A stretch of DNA of 64,000 bases from Oculina patagonica (Eukaryota): contig NC_135764.1 of NCBI RefSeq assembly GCF_052425735.1, forward strand, positions 23,498,001-23,562,000, given 5' to 3'. Below the pieces are notes generated by a model. The model made no database searches and was not told the origin of the DNA. It worked only from the letters and a program-made list of their open reading frames with translations. Positions 40,359 to 53,400 of this stretch are shown in pieces (within the stretch, counting starts at the first letter, position 1; each line of letters begins with the position of its first letter). Made by a program: the position numbers and the translations under genes.

Positions 40359-42477
40359 TGAGCTATACCCACAGTAGGCTGCACAGTTGGCACTTCCCTT
40401 CCAGGATCAACATCAAAACTCTTGTTAATGTTTTCATACATTTTCTGTAATTTTCCGTGGGGGGGGGGGGGGGGTATTTAGGTGTTAGTTAAGGTGTTTT
40501 CCTTGCAAGCTGCGCACACACCTTTCAAGTCCTCAAGTTTGTGAACCAAAATTCAAGGGTGAATTTGGTGCTTGACAGTCAATTTTTGTTGTTTTTATCA
40601 TCGATTCCAGTCTTAAATGGTAAATAGTTTATAATATAAACGTAAGTTCAGAATTTCTGTGCGATATTATAATGATTTTATACGTGTTCATATTGGCATA
40701 ATAACACACAAGATTTTTCACCAAACTGTTCTTGAATAATTGGGTTTGGGTCCAAGGATGTCCTTGAAAATGCCTTGAATGCTTGGTGTAAAACTTAAAA
40801 GGTGTGCACAGTTTATCTGAGGCGAGGAGCTTTTTTACTTTAAAAGTTGGCACTGAAGAGTCTTTCTAGGAAAACTATTATTTTTATTGGTGACGTTGAT
40901 CCCTTGTATGGGGCACTGTTATACTTAATGCACGATCTTGCAATATCGTAACTGTTACATAGATCACAGGACACCCAGTAATGACAGGTCGACTATGTAG
41001 AACAGTATTGGACAAATGACGGGCACCAATAAGGAAGTAAGGACAACAAACAATTGGCGGAAATGGAAATGGAATGCGATAGATATTAAGTTTGCCTCGG
41101 ATTCCTTTGAAATATTGCAAAAACTTGTTTGACATGGAATTAATTAATTTTAAGAAATTGGTTTATAGTTTTAGCAGAAGTTCAGAAAATTTATAAACTC
41201 ACCCAGAGTGTCCCCTTATACGTTGTTTGATAAATGAATTGTTATAGTTAGTTAGAGTTTAAAACGTTTTTATCCACATACATGTTTATCGGTAGGGTCA
41301 ATTGTTAGTGCAGGTTGAATCGTTTAGGGTGCTTTATTGTTGTCAGATAGCCCAACAGTCAGTTGCTCGAAACGCTGTTGATTTTAGCCACAAATGGTTC
41401 CTAGTTGTTACGAAAAGTATTTTAGAAAGTCCCTATTTTGTAGGTTTCTAACGAAACTATTATGTTACATTGGTGTGCAAGTTAATTCACTTGGTTTATT
41501 GTTCGGGCATGACGTCAGCCGTTTTAGAATTCGCGCAATGGACATTTAGAGCGGTAGCCCCTTATAAGCTGAAACAGGAATTACAAAGGTGGCAAACTCA
41601 CTGTTTCAAAAGCTGATAATTAATCGAGTACTTATAAAAAGCCATTTTGGCTCTCACACAACATACAATGAGACAAGAGCCAGTATTGGCAGGTTTCTAA
41701 AGATATAAATACTAAGAAAGAGTTTAAGAGTAAATATTACAGAGGCTATGTTATCAGTTCTTGGATGTTTTATTGTGTAAATTATATAATGCAACTATCA
41801 GGCCGATACTTTCTGTTGGGATGCCTCATCACAGGGCATTTGTGGATGGCCGAAAAAGTCACTAAATTTCAATTAAATATTGCTAGAAAGTCCGCAAGAA
41901 TGGTCAAAAGTCCTCACTATGTGCAGATATTTTCGGTCTAAACCCCCTCTTGCGGCCGGCCTCCTCCGGCGTTTGGCTTAATGGTGAACGAGTGTCTTTG
42001 TATGTGACGTCAATTGCTGACGTCATAACTTGACGTAAGTTAACTTGTTAAGTTATGAGGTTGCTGACGTCATAATAAGAAGGTTGCTTTTATCCAATGC
42101 CCGACTAACTGAACTAAGCCCGGCCTTTTACATGTATGTCAGTGATTAATTCAACGAATCGATTGGACAATAGGAAGTGCCATATATTTGTCAGTGGCTA
42201 GAAGAGGTGGGACGTAAAAGCCCTGAACCAGAATTAGACAGATTTTTTTTTTTCAACTCGGTTGTCGCAGGTCAAAAAAATGGGCAGAAAAAGATCGTAA
42301 AGGTCAGGGAAATTTGTTCGGAGTGGGGAAAAATTGACATTTTGAAGAAATGTGAGGGAAATTGAAATTATAACACCGCTGATTTAATACCATTGACGGT
42401 TGGAAGAAACATTTCAGCGGAAGCTGGAGGCCGCTACTATATCAGACATTCTGTATTAATTTGGCCACGGAAAGTTA

Positions 42478-44428
42478 AGGAACTCACCACCCAATTAAAT
42501 TATAATAATCTACCACGAGGTCAATATGGTGCCCTCAGATAACATGAGTTCCATAAGGAACTCACCACCGATGTAACACATAATCTACCACGAGGTCAAT
42601 ATGCTATCCTCAGTTAACGTGAGTTCCAACAGGAACGCACCACCCAAGTAAGACAATGATCAACCACAAGGTCAGTATGCTGCCCTCAAGTAACATGAGT
42701 TCCATAAGGAACTCACCGCCCAAGTTAGACATAATAATCTTCCAGAAGGTCAATATGCTGCCCTCAAGTAACATAAGTTCCATAAGGAACTCACCGCCCA
42801 AGTAAGGCATAATCTAGAACGAGGTCAATATGGTGCCCTCGGATAACATGAGTTCCATAAGGAACTCACCGCCCAAGAAGGGCATAATCTAGAACGAGGT
42901 CGATATGGTACCCTCAGATAACATAAGTTCCATAAGGAACTCACCACCCAAGTAAGCATAATAACCTACCACGAAGTCAATATGTTGCCCTCAGATAACG
43001 AGTTCCATAAGGAACTCTCCACCCAAGTAAGACATAATCTAGTACGAGGTCAATATGCTACCCTCAGATAACATGAGTTCCATACGGAACTCACCGCCCA
43101 AGTAAGGCATAATAATCTAGAACGAGGTCAATATGCTGCCCACACATAACATGAGTTCCATAAGGAACTCTCCGCCCAAGTAAGGCATAATAATCTAGAA
43201 CGAGGTCAATATGCTGCCCTCGCATAACGAGAGTTCCATAAGGAACTCTCTGCCCAAGTAAGACATAATAATCTTCCACGGGGTCAATATGCTGCCCTGA
43301 GAAAATAAACATGAATTTCATAACGAGCTCACGGCCCAAAAAGGAGATGATAATCTACCGCGAGGTCGATATGCTGCACTCTGATAACATGAGTTCCATA
43401 GTGAACTCACCACCCAAGTAAGACAATCTAGAACGAGGTCAATCTGCTGCCCTCAGAAAACATGAGTTCCATACGGAACTCACCGCCCAAGTAAGGCATA
43501 ATAATCTATAACGAGGTCAATATGCTGCCCTCACATAACATGAGTTCCATAAGGAACTCTCCGCCCGAGTAAGACATAAGAATCTACCACGGGGTCAACA
43601 TGCTGCCCTCAGAAAACATGAATTTCATAACGAACTCACGGCCCAAAAAGGAGATGATAATCTACCGCGAATTCGATATGCTGCACTCTGATAACATGAG
43701 TTCCATAGTGAACTCACCACCCAAGTAAGACATAATCTACCACGGGGTCAATATGCTGCCCTCAGATAATGTGAGTTCCATACGGAACTCACCGCCCAAG
43801 TAAGGCATAATAATCTAGAACGAGGTCAATATGCTGCCCTCACATAACATGAGTTCCATAAGGAACTCTCCGCCCAAGTAAGACATAATAATCTACTACG
43901 GGGTCAACATGCTGCCCTCAGAAAACATGAATTTCATAACAAACTCACCACCCAAAAAGGAGATAATAATCTACCACGAGGTCGATATGCTGCACTCTGA
44001 TAACATGAGTTCCATAGTGAACTCACCACCCAAGTTAGACAAGATACTCTACCACGAAGTGAATATGCTGCACTCAGATAACATGAGTGCCATAATTAAC
44101 TCGCCACCCAAGTAAGACATAATAATCTACCACGAGGTCAATATGGTGTCGTCCGAAAACATGAGTTTCATAAAAACCCACTTCCCAAGTGATATATAAT
44201 AATGTAGAAGGAGGTTAATATGCTGCCCTCAGATAACGTGAGTTCCATGAGGAACTCACCACCCAAGTAAGACATTATAAACTACCACGAGGTCAATATG
44301 CTTCCTTTAGATACCATGAGTTCAATAAGGAACTCACCACCCAAATAACAGAAAATAATCTACCACGAGGTCAATATGCTGCCGTCTGATAACATGAGTA
44401 CAACCATAAGGACCTCACCACCCAAGTA
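42478..44428. repeat. Satellite/minisatellite, ~78-bp unit, ~25 copies, with 4-mer higher-order structure
   Basis: Consensus AACTCACCGCCCAAGTAAGGCATAATAATCTAGAACGAGGTCAATATGCTGCCCTCAGATAACATGAGTTCCATAAGG. The variant AAAAGGAGAT recurs at ~43339, 43645 and 43954. Confidence 0.95.
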
Positions 44429-45867
44429 TTATAGAGCAACAAACTTTACTGACTCCCTAGGGCGACAACAGCTTGAAGCTTGGGCGTGCACGTGTTAAAA
44501 AGGACCTTATAAAGCAAGCTATGTCGGCAATGTGAACGAGAACGTCAACAAACAAAAGGTTTATTATAAAGTAGTACAATCACTCTGTACGTGCACTTTG
44601 AATCTTGGTATATTTCTTCGACGTTCTCTGCAAAACAGCAAGGTGAAATGACCAAGTTCTGCGTATTTTGGAGAACGTGAGCGACGACGGCTGAATTTTG
44701 GAATTGCTTTTTAGGGTTTAACGCTCTCTTTACATACTCGTCTGGAGCTAGTTCCTAAACCAATAGATACGCTCAACACAACGGGATAATCGCGAGATAC
44801 AAGAGTTAAAAATGAATCCATTTTTTGCAAGACGTTTTCCTTGGCGGCGGCGTCGCCATTGCTTTAGGTCTCTAAAGACGTGGGTCATCGAACCACGGCA
44901 AAACAAATCAATGGTTAGCGGTTTAAAATTGTGGAGAAAAGCTTAGTTTTTATTTAGTATTTTAAAGTACAAAATCAGTAGTAGACGCAAAAATTTTAAT
45001 TGAACAGGAGGTGAAATGATGTCAGAACACTCCAAAGAAAATTCCTCTCATGTGTCCGCGGCAGAAACACGAAATATTTCTGCCGTGTAGCAGAAGCAAA
45101 TTTTGCTTCGTGGAAACAAAATTGACGCTGGGAACAGTGCTTCCCGTGTGGCAAAACTGGGAAACATGCGCGCGCTACGGGTGTTCTAGGAAACATGTTT
45201 CCTCGTTTTGCCAGGCCTTGAGTATCATTTGGAAGTGTGATTGTGATGTCGCAACTGCTGACTAAAGGAAAACCGTTGTGTGTTGGGTATCTGTTCAAAA
45301 GTACTTTAAAATTAACAGAGCCACCCCTTATAAAGAAACCCGGCAGAAACGTCTAAATGAAAAATCAACATTTTCAGTTACAAATAAATGTTTGAAAGAC
45401 ATGCTGTCGCGGTTACAGTGTCAACCGAAAATAACAATTTTTTTTACGGCGTTTCTTTAAATTTCGAATCTTTTGACAATTCCAGATCTTAAGGTTTTCG
45501 AACTCTAAATCTTTTCATTTTTCTACATCTCTTGTTGTCACGTTTTTCCTTTAACTGTCCAGCTGATACTAAGATTTGCCATGCTGTTGGTCTTGAAATT
45601 ATTTTAAACAGCAACTTCACTGCTATGCCATTAAAAAGGTACAAGAAAAGTTCACATAGGGTTGTATATTAGGATGCAGACCGACGTGACTGTAAGGTGA
45701 TGAACAGAAGGTGCTGGTGCAAACAGCAATCAAACATTTTTGGGCATATTACCACTAAGGTTGAGCTGAACTAAATTTCCGTGTGCTGCGTGGCACTTGT
45801 AAAAGTGCAAAGTTAAAACAAGGTTCTTACTAAATGAGTAGTAAGTGCCTTTGAAACAGTATGCAGT

Positions 45868-46300
45868 TCAATACGTTTCGGCCTCAGCCCTTTATTAGTG
45901 GAAAGTCAAGATTTCAGTTAAAAACGCTGGCTTGCACCATAAAGCAAATTTGAGTTCGTAGGTGCGCGCGCGAGAAGAGCGCGCGACAACATAAAGATAT
46001 CGAAAATCTGAATTCAGACCGTGCGGCTGACTTGTGCCCAGCTTAAAAACTAGGCGCCTTTCCTGGCGTTTGCGTTGTTTATTTCCGCCGCAGAGCCCTC
46101 GGACTCCTCGGACTTGCATTAAAGTTTGCATTAAAATGCGCTGCGACAGGAAATCCCGTAAGGTTCTTCTCAATAATGCAAAGATGCTCACCGAAGCGTT
46201 CTCCGGCCAGTTTCGCCGATGTAGACGGCGGAGCAACGGCGGCAAGAGATGGCATATACCAAGGTAGATGATATAAGAATGCTATGCTATTAAAATCAAA
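45868..46300 (-). mobile_element. Penelope-like retroelement 3' fragment (GIY-YIG endonuclease remnant and degenerate hammerhead)
   Basis: Minus strand gives CRRCSAVYIGETGR..RFGEH and, frameshifted, RKRQERRLVFKLGTSQPHGLNSDF, followed by CTAATAAAGGGCTGAGGCCGAAACGTA. Confidence 0.8.
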
Positions 46301-46313
46301 ATCAACGAGCCAC

Positions 46314-46551
46314 TAGACTGCAAGCAGTCACTCTCTTTTGCTTTAAATTCCGTGAGGACGAACACGAAAGCGAGCGAGTTCGATATACGAGTAGCCTCCC
46401 ACGCAGTCGTTTTTAGGGGCGATCGCGTTACACTCCTCCCCACGAACATGGGGAGGAGTGAAACACGATCGCCCCTAAGAACGACTGCGTGGGAGGCTAA
46501 TATACGAGCGGCTTAGGAATTTAAAGCAAAATAGAGACTTCTCGCAGTCTA
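46314..46551. mobile_element. Nested TAG...CTA hairpin MITEs (AcademH-like)
   Basis: Inner element ~46392-46499 TAGCCTCCCACGCAG...CTGCGTGGGAGGCTA has an exact 9-bp TSD ATATACGAG. Outer element is TAGACTGCAAG...CTCGCAGTCTA. Confidence 0.8.
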
Positions 46552-47445
46552 ACTAGCAACGTTCCTTCGACGTAGTCAAAGGTTGTTGTTTTTACAGTAA
46601 TTACAAAACAAACACTTAAGGTCAACACACTGACTTGAGATTACGCTTTGTTTTATTTGTTTCACCCTTACGTTTTAGACTGCTTGTCAATACAAGCTCT
46701 AACAAACCTACCTTACCCAGGATTAGGAAAGGTTTATTTACAGTTCGTTATAAACGACACAAATGGTTGCTCAGTATGTACAAGAGTAAAAATGCACGAA
46801 TACCGGTATGTAATGTATGCATGGCATAATATATGCATTATATAATAATGCAATTTATAGTATGATATATGCATTAGATAATATATTAATTGCATGATGT
46901 ATACGCATTTCGTGATGTTTGCATTGAAAATATAATTATACATGTATATGGTCTTGGGTCATAGCAACATGCCTTATTATAGGAAATTAACGATACATGT
47001 TATTAACGCGAATTTCAAAAATTCGCGTTAATTTTATTTATGTAACGCGTTTACTAAAAGCATTTTACCAGAACCTTTCTTAAATTCGCGTTAATTTAAT
47101 TACGCGTAAATTTTGTTCGCGTTGTTAAAATGCTTCGTTATATTCCTATAATAAAGTAATGCAAATATATAAATGCACCGAAACTCTGTCAAACAAAATA
47201 CTCTGCTGAAATGTCTTACTTTTTGGCAGAAACTAATGTCGACAAGTACGTTCTTTAAAACTGCTTATGCTTTATACGCCATTGATTGTACAAAAATACT
47301 TCTGAGGTCTCGTCAGCTTCTGTTGAGCGTCTATCAGTAGATATCAGTTTGCTTACACCTCATCCTTCTGCTCGTCTTTCGTTCACCTAATGACGTTTGT
47401 TATCGTATAAGCTTAAGGACCATTATATAAATTCTAAATAGCTAT

Positions 47446-50400
47446 TTACTGCTTCGTATCGCGTTTCTTCAATCCAAATCGTCGAGGGTTGCTGTACCGA
47501 GAAACTGGGATTTGGTTCCTTCTTTGAGCGTAAGCATACTGATTCTTCATGTTAGCCAAACGAGGTATCGCTTTCGAAATAAAGGACCTCTTCATGGAGC
47601 CTGGACCGCAGCACCTGTGTGGGCACTCTAGGGCGCACACATCAGCACATATCTTTGGACACTTGGGGGACAGAGGGACGTCATTGATTTTGGGTCTTAG
47701 CCCGACGCGCTTGATTGGAGGATGAGGGCCGCAGCAGCGCCTGGGACATCTCTGATCACAGTGATCGTAGCACACTCGAGGGCAGCCTTCAACCAGCTCC
47801 ATGTCATTAAATCGTTTCTTGCAGCAAGGTTTGGGACATGTTGGCAGGCACGTCTGAGGGGCACAGGCAGGTGCCGCGCAAGAAACGGGCTTCTTTGACG
47901 TAGGGACAGGTGTAGGGCGAACTATGCAAATAAAGAAAAAGCCATTGTTGATACTCGATCTTCCATATTCTAAACGTACTAGAACTGTTTCCCCTAATAA
48001 TAGCTCTCCTTCGAAAATTTTTTGTTTGTTAGAACAATAATTTGATTGCATGAGGAGCTACGATAAAAACATTTTAAAGTTATTATTTTTTTCCGTTTTT
48101 TTTACTGAATTATCCCAGGCAGTTTTTGCGGCCGTTTTTGTTCTTACTCTTACGAAAAAGAGCTATCAACTATGCCTTTGCTCATCCTTTACATTTTTGA
48201 TTTTGCTTTCGTCTTCTTTAATTATGAGTTCATGGTAGCTCACTTTGAATTGAGCCTCCATTTTTTATCGTAATGTGTCTTGATCTTCTCCATTCTAAAC
48301 GTAATATTTACCTTTTTAAACTATCGTTTTGAAGATATCGCAAAAATGGCATAATAATTTGCGTTAAAACCAGAAACCAGTGGGCTCCTAGTTAAAACAT
48401 ATAATAAAAAAATCTCAGTTACAGAACAGGAAGGATCGTCTTTTAAGGTCTACGTATGTAACCTGTGCCGTATGTACGTACTATAAAATGTCCCGTATGT
48501 ACGTATGTGACATATCCCGTATGTGCTTACCAGTAGCAGCGGTATTCGCCGTAGCGGTGGCCGTGCCTGGTTTTGCTGTGGTTCCAGCAGGTTTGCCTCC
48601 TGAGCAGCATGTCTGTAAAAACAAAAATCAGCAAATACATCTCAGTTTTTTTTTTCTCTTCCCTAAGCTGAGCCAATGACAAAAATACTAAAAAAGTATT
48701 GGGAGAAGCTATTAAGTAGTGAGGTAATAAGTTTCGTAATTTGCTCTATGATAGAATTATTGCAGGGTATTGGAAACTTATTCCTCTCAGCCAACCAGAA
48801 GCAGCGTTTATGGGAACAGTTCAGTCTCGGGTCACCATTTGGGGTTAAAGGAACACTGTCATGAGCTTCACTTCAAAAATTCAAGAGCCTAAAGACATAT
48901 AGAAACCCACAAATAGTTGTCCAGTTTTGTTAAAAATTACTATGCCAGTGTACTGAAGCTATAAACTATTGATATTATTGTGATGCCATCAGGAACTTTA
49001 GATCTCAACTTGAAAAAGTCGGGGTGATTTTTTCAACTTTTGCCCTTGTGGCCTGGAAAAAAGCTAAAAAATAATAATGGCTCTCTTCTTCTTTTAACAA
49101 CAATTTACTTTATACCTCCATCTTGATGTACAAGGCGCATTTCATGTACGAGCAAGACTACTTTTTACCGAAAAGCAGAAAAATCCCAATGACAGTGCCC
49201 CTTTAATTCTTGGAATTCACTTGTTAATTATAAACTTTCGTGATTTAGCACTCAGAACAAACGAGTGTTCAGTACCATACTGACCTGAGGACAGGGAGTT
49301 GCACATATCTGGGCACAGGTTGCTGGGCAGGCAGCAGGGGACGGTGTAGCTACTGTGACTGAAGTTGAAGCTGCTGACGGTTTGACAACTTGCACGCTTG
49401 TGACCTTAGCATTACAACAATCTTGAGGGCAGATGGTCAGACAAAACTTGAGACAGATCGGAGAACAAGCTTTCTTTGGCTTGGCGGTGACGGGTTTCGG
49501 AGGTACCGGAGTTGCTGTTCCAGGGGTGTTGATGCATGGATATCCAGGGTATCCAGGATATCCGGCACATCCCGTCGAGAGATAGGTTGGCGCCGAGGGG
49601 GCGGGATAGGGATACGGCATTGGTGCAGGGTAGGGTGCGGGATAGGACATGGGCATGCAGCACTGTGGTGCACACGCCGGATTGCATGCGGGATTAGGGC
49701 GAGGTGGGACTGGCCTTGGTGGTGGTGGAGGAGGAGGGGGAGGAGGCGGCGGTGGAGGGGGTGGGGGAGGCGCAGGTGCCGGCGGAGGAGGCATGCAGCA
49801 TGCTGGTGCACAAGATGGCTGGCATATTTGTATCGGTGGATACACCATGGGCATAGGAGGTGGGGGAGGGGGAGGTGGAGCATACATTATCATTGGGGGA
49901 GGTGGAGGGGGTGGAGGTGGACGGTAAATAGGTGGAGGGGGAGGAAGAGGCATTGGAACACTATTCATCCCCGGCAAACAACATCTGTGTTGTATACATA
50001 TAGGTGTACATTTCTTCCAGCATTGTTGTAAACACGCTCCTCCCATAGCGGACATTGGCGCCGTTTGGGTCTGGGGCATGTTGTAAGGGCGCTGATAAGG
50101 CTGGTACCCGGTATACGGGTACGCGGGGCGTGATGCCACCGGGGGCCTCCGCACAGGTACAGGGCGTTTAGCCGGAGCAGGCGCCGGTTTATCCTGATGC
50201 TTTTTTAGGCTCGGCTTAGGCGCATCTTTCTTGGGAGTATTAGCTGCAGAAACAAAAAACAAAGAAGATTACAAATATATAAACGCATAAATCCTACATA
50301 GGTCTGCTTTTTTGTCACCATACACTATTAGTAGTATTAGTATAGTATTATTTCTGATAGAATAAGTTGAGTGAATTTGATTGTTTATCAAGGCAATTTT

Positions 50401-53400
50401 ACTTTTACCACCTTGTTTACTTTCTTTCTTTTTCTCATCTTCTTTCTTGTCAAGGGCAGCGTTCTTCTGCTCTCCGCTTTTATCTTCTTTGGTGTCCTTT
50501 TGCTCTTCTTTTTTATCTTTCTCTTCTTCGTGCTTATCTTCTTTTTTATTCTTCTGATCTTTGTTCTTATTCTTCGACTCTTCGTTTTTATCTTCGTTTT
50601 TATTCTTCGACTCTTCGTTTTTGTCTTTATCATTCTTCTGTTCTTCAATTTTATCTTCATTTTTAGTCTTCTTTTCGTCGTTGTTATCTTCTTTTTTACT
50701 GTCTTCTTTTTTGTCATCATTATTAACATCATTATTTTTACCCTTCTTTTCCGGCTTTGCGATATCGCTCCTTACATCCTCCAGACGAGAGATCTGCTGA
50801 AACGCTGGTACACTTCTTTCCTTTTTCCCTTAAAAAGAAAACACATATAATCGCGTCGTTAGATAAATAAAATCGCTTCAGCTGCGCATTGAACTGCTAA
50901 CAAAGGTTTTTATTGTAAAAAAGGAAAAACACTGACAACAAGAAGTATAGAGGCGCGCTGTCTTCAGTGCTGCCTTAACAGTCACTGACTGAGAAATCCA
51001 GGCAGGCAGTCAAAGATGGGGGTCGGCCGATTTGCTTCATACTAACACCATAAATAGGTTAGGTGGACTTATGAATAAATATACTAAACTTGGCTCCTCA
51101 ATCGTTTTTGTATAGGAGATATGAGGTCCACTATTTATCACCCCATCAGGGTCTAGATTTACCAGTAAATTTGACCCAAATTTGAAAACCATTATAAACT
51201 ACAAAATTAAATGAACGGAATTGTTATTTTCTGTGTGGCATAAACAGACATAGAACTACTTGTAAAAATCCAGAAATGTACGAAATAAGCACAGGTAAGT
51301 CTACACCGTTCACGTTTTGAACACCTACTTTTTACATTTTCGAATGAGCAAGATTTTGCCCATTTTCGAGTTCCCGTAGAACACACAACTATAACTGCAG
51401 AAATCATTGGATACCACAGATAAGTGCTCTTACCTTTCCTCTATCATAAACAGCAATAATCTTTTTGGGCCATTGAAACAGCAAGATTTTAGAGCACCTC
51501 AATGTAGTTCATGTAGGCGATATCGTCTTCAACAACACACGAAGCAACCAATGTGTTTTTAAACCACTCCTCGAGTCCACTTTGAGTTTTTCCGAGGTTA
51601 AATAAATGCAATTGACTGAATTCCTTCCGAAATATATCTCAACCCGTCGATAATTCATTAAACAGTGAAGAAAACGTGGAAAACACGAAAATAACAGAGC
51701 GACGCCATTTTGAATTTGACAACTCGCAGGGGCCTGGAATTCAGCTTTTCCCAAGGAGGGTAGGGTGGGTGATTGTTTCAACAGGTGTATCACAGGTGGG
51801 TTGGAGGGGCTAGCATTGGGCCGAATCAATGTTTATGCTATTTACAAAGGGAGTAGCTTGTTTATTTAGTTTTATACTATGACAGCAATTAAAAAATATA
51901 TTTTAATAAAATAATAAAATTACGAACGAGTTTGAATAAAGTATATGTTGCCTTTTTGTTTTTTGTTTTTTTTCTGTCCATCACTCCATCCGTCTGCTCT
52001 GCAGATTCTCCAGTGCCAATTATATTTTTTTACAGCTACTTATTTTATATTGATAAAGCCGGTTAAATAAATATATATATTTATATTTAACTGCAGACAG
52101 TACTGTTTCGGCCTTTATATATACCGTGTACATATATTTTTATGCCAACGCGTCATACAGGCACCAGGTTTTGCGATGTTATCTACATAGCCGGCTTGAA
52201 ATATAATGTACGATGGAAAATGAGTTGCTCATTCTCAAATGAAAACAGTGTGTGCGGTGCAACACCATACGCTCCAACCGAGCTTCATGTAATTCCTTTA
52301 GAAGCATGTAGCAAGGATTTAACCGAATATCTAACTAAATTGGGTGTCAGTGGAAGCCGTGGTGTTGGTACACAGATCACAGAGAGTGAAGTTATTCTCA
52401 ATCGCGCTGGATTACATTCCCTGTCAAAGAAAGAGAGAGGAAGGATTACCGTGTGTCCAAAGCACCGATACGAACTGACAACACATTACCAAAAGTTGTC
52501 ATCCAGTTGCTGTTACCCATCTCATAGAGGCGAAGCGAAAAAATTGAAAAATCCTCGTCGGGTAAACAAGCAGGTGTCAGAGGAAATCTATGAGGTGTAT
52601 CATGTTTCAGTGCCAATCGGTTCCGGTAAGTACAACAGTACAATAAAATTATTATTTAGTACAGCTTTTCACATGTTGGATTTTTCATGAAAGATTCACA
52701 AGAGAAATAATGAATACTATTATTATATTCGTGCTAATTATTTCATTCTTTTAGTGTGTTTCCATATTTAGCTGTTTATCAGTTTGAAAATCTTTGCTAA
52801 TTACAGTGTGGAAAGTGTAGCATTCCAATTGAAACCAACACGTTTAGCTTGCCGTCGTGTTTTTCAGAAAACCTTATCAATACCTTTACATCTTTCTTGT
52901 TTCAGCCCTATGTAACACATGCCGAAAAGGCCATTCAAAAAGTGATGAAGAGACCAAGGTGAATATTTTGAATTAAAAATGACATCGCTAATTCCCCTGC
53001 ATAATATATAAAGTTTGATAGCACTCGGCAATATAAATAGATTTTGCCAAACATAAAAGCGAAGCTCCTCGGCTATCCACTTAGCCTTTAACTGAATTAA
53101 TTTGTGGTCATGGTGGGTTTTGCTGCTTCCCTCCCTCAGTCAGAATAGAGGAGTGGGTAATTATTCCCCTTTTAGTAACACAAGCCTCCAGGTTTCTTCT
53201 TCGCCAGCAGAAGCAAAAAATGCTGTGTCAATGTGCGCATGTTTTACATTTTTTCCTAAAGCTTGGTAAGTAACATCTAGAGTTGTTTGGGAGGTCTCGT
53301 CGACAATGACTCTTACACTACTAATATTTTAGTTGCCGGCGATCGAAAATGCCACGCCCTTCATACCTAATCCTTTATAATTCTTCACTTGCAAAAAACA

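Noticed and set aside
42478-44428. CRISPR array or repeat protein
   Set aside because: Sequences between the palindromes are homologous rather than unique spacers, there are no cas genes, the context is eukaryotic, and the frames checked have recurrent stops.
47455-47500. RFamide neuropeptide in PRRFGLKKR
   Set aside because: The Gly is not directly followed by the basic cleavage site, and it is a single copy in a structural protein.
49390-50031. Gly-rich and Arg/Trp-rich plus-strand ORFs
   Set aside because: Antisense shadows of the poly-Pro exon.
50371-50850. Hydrophobic Phe/Leu/Ile-rich plus-strand ORFs resembling membrane proteins
   Set aside because: Antisense shadow of the K/E/D-rich exon of the minus-strand gene.
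51207-51829. ORFs duplicated at 58977-59590
   Set aside because: Mirror images arising from the TIRs; no recognisable domains.
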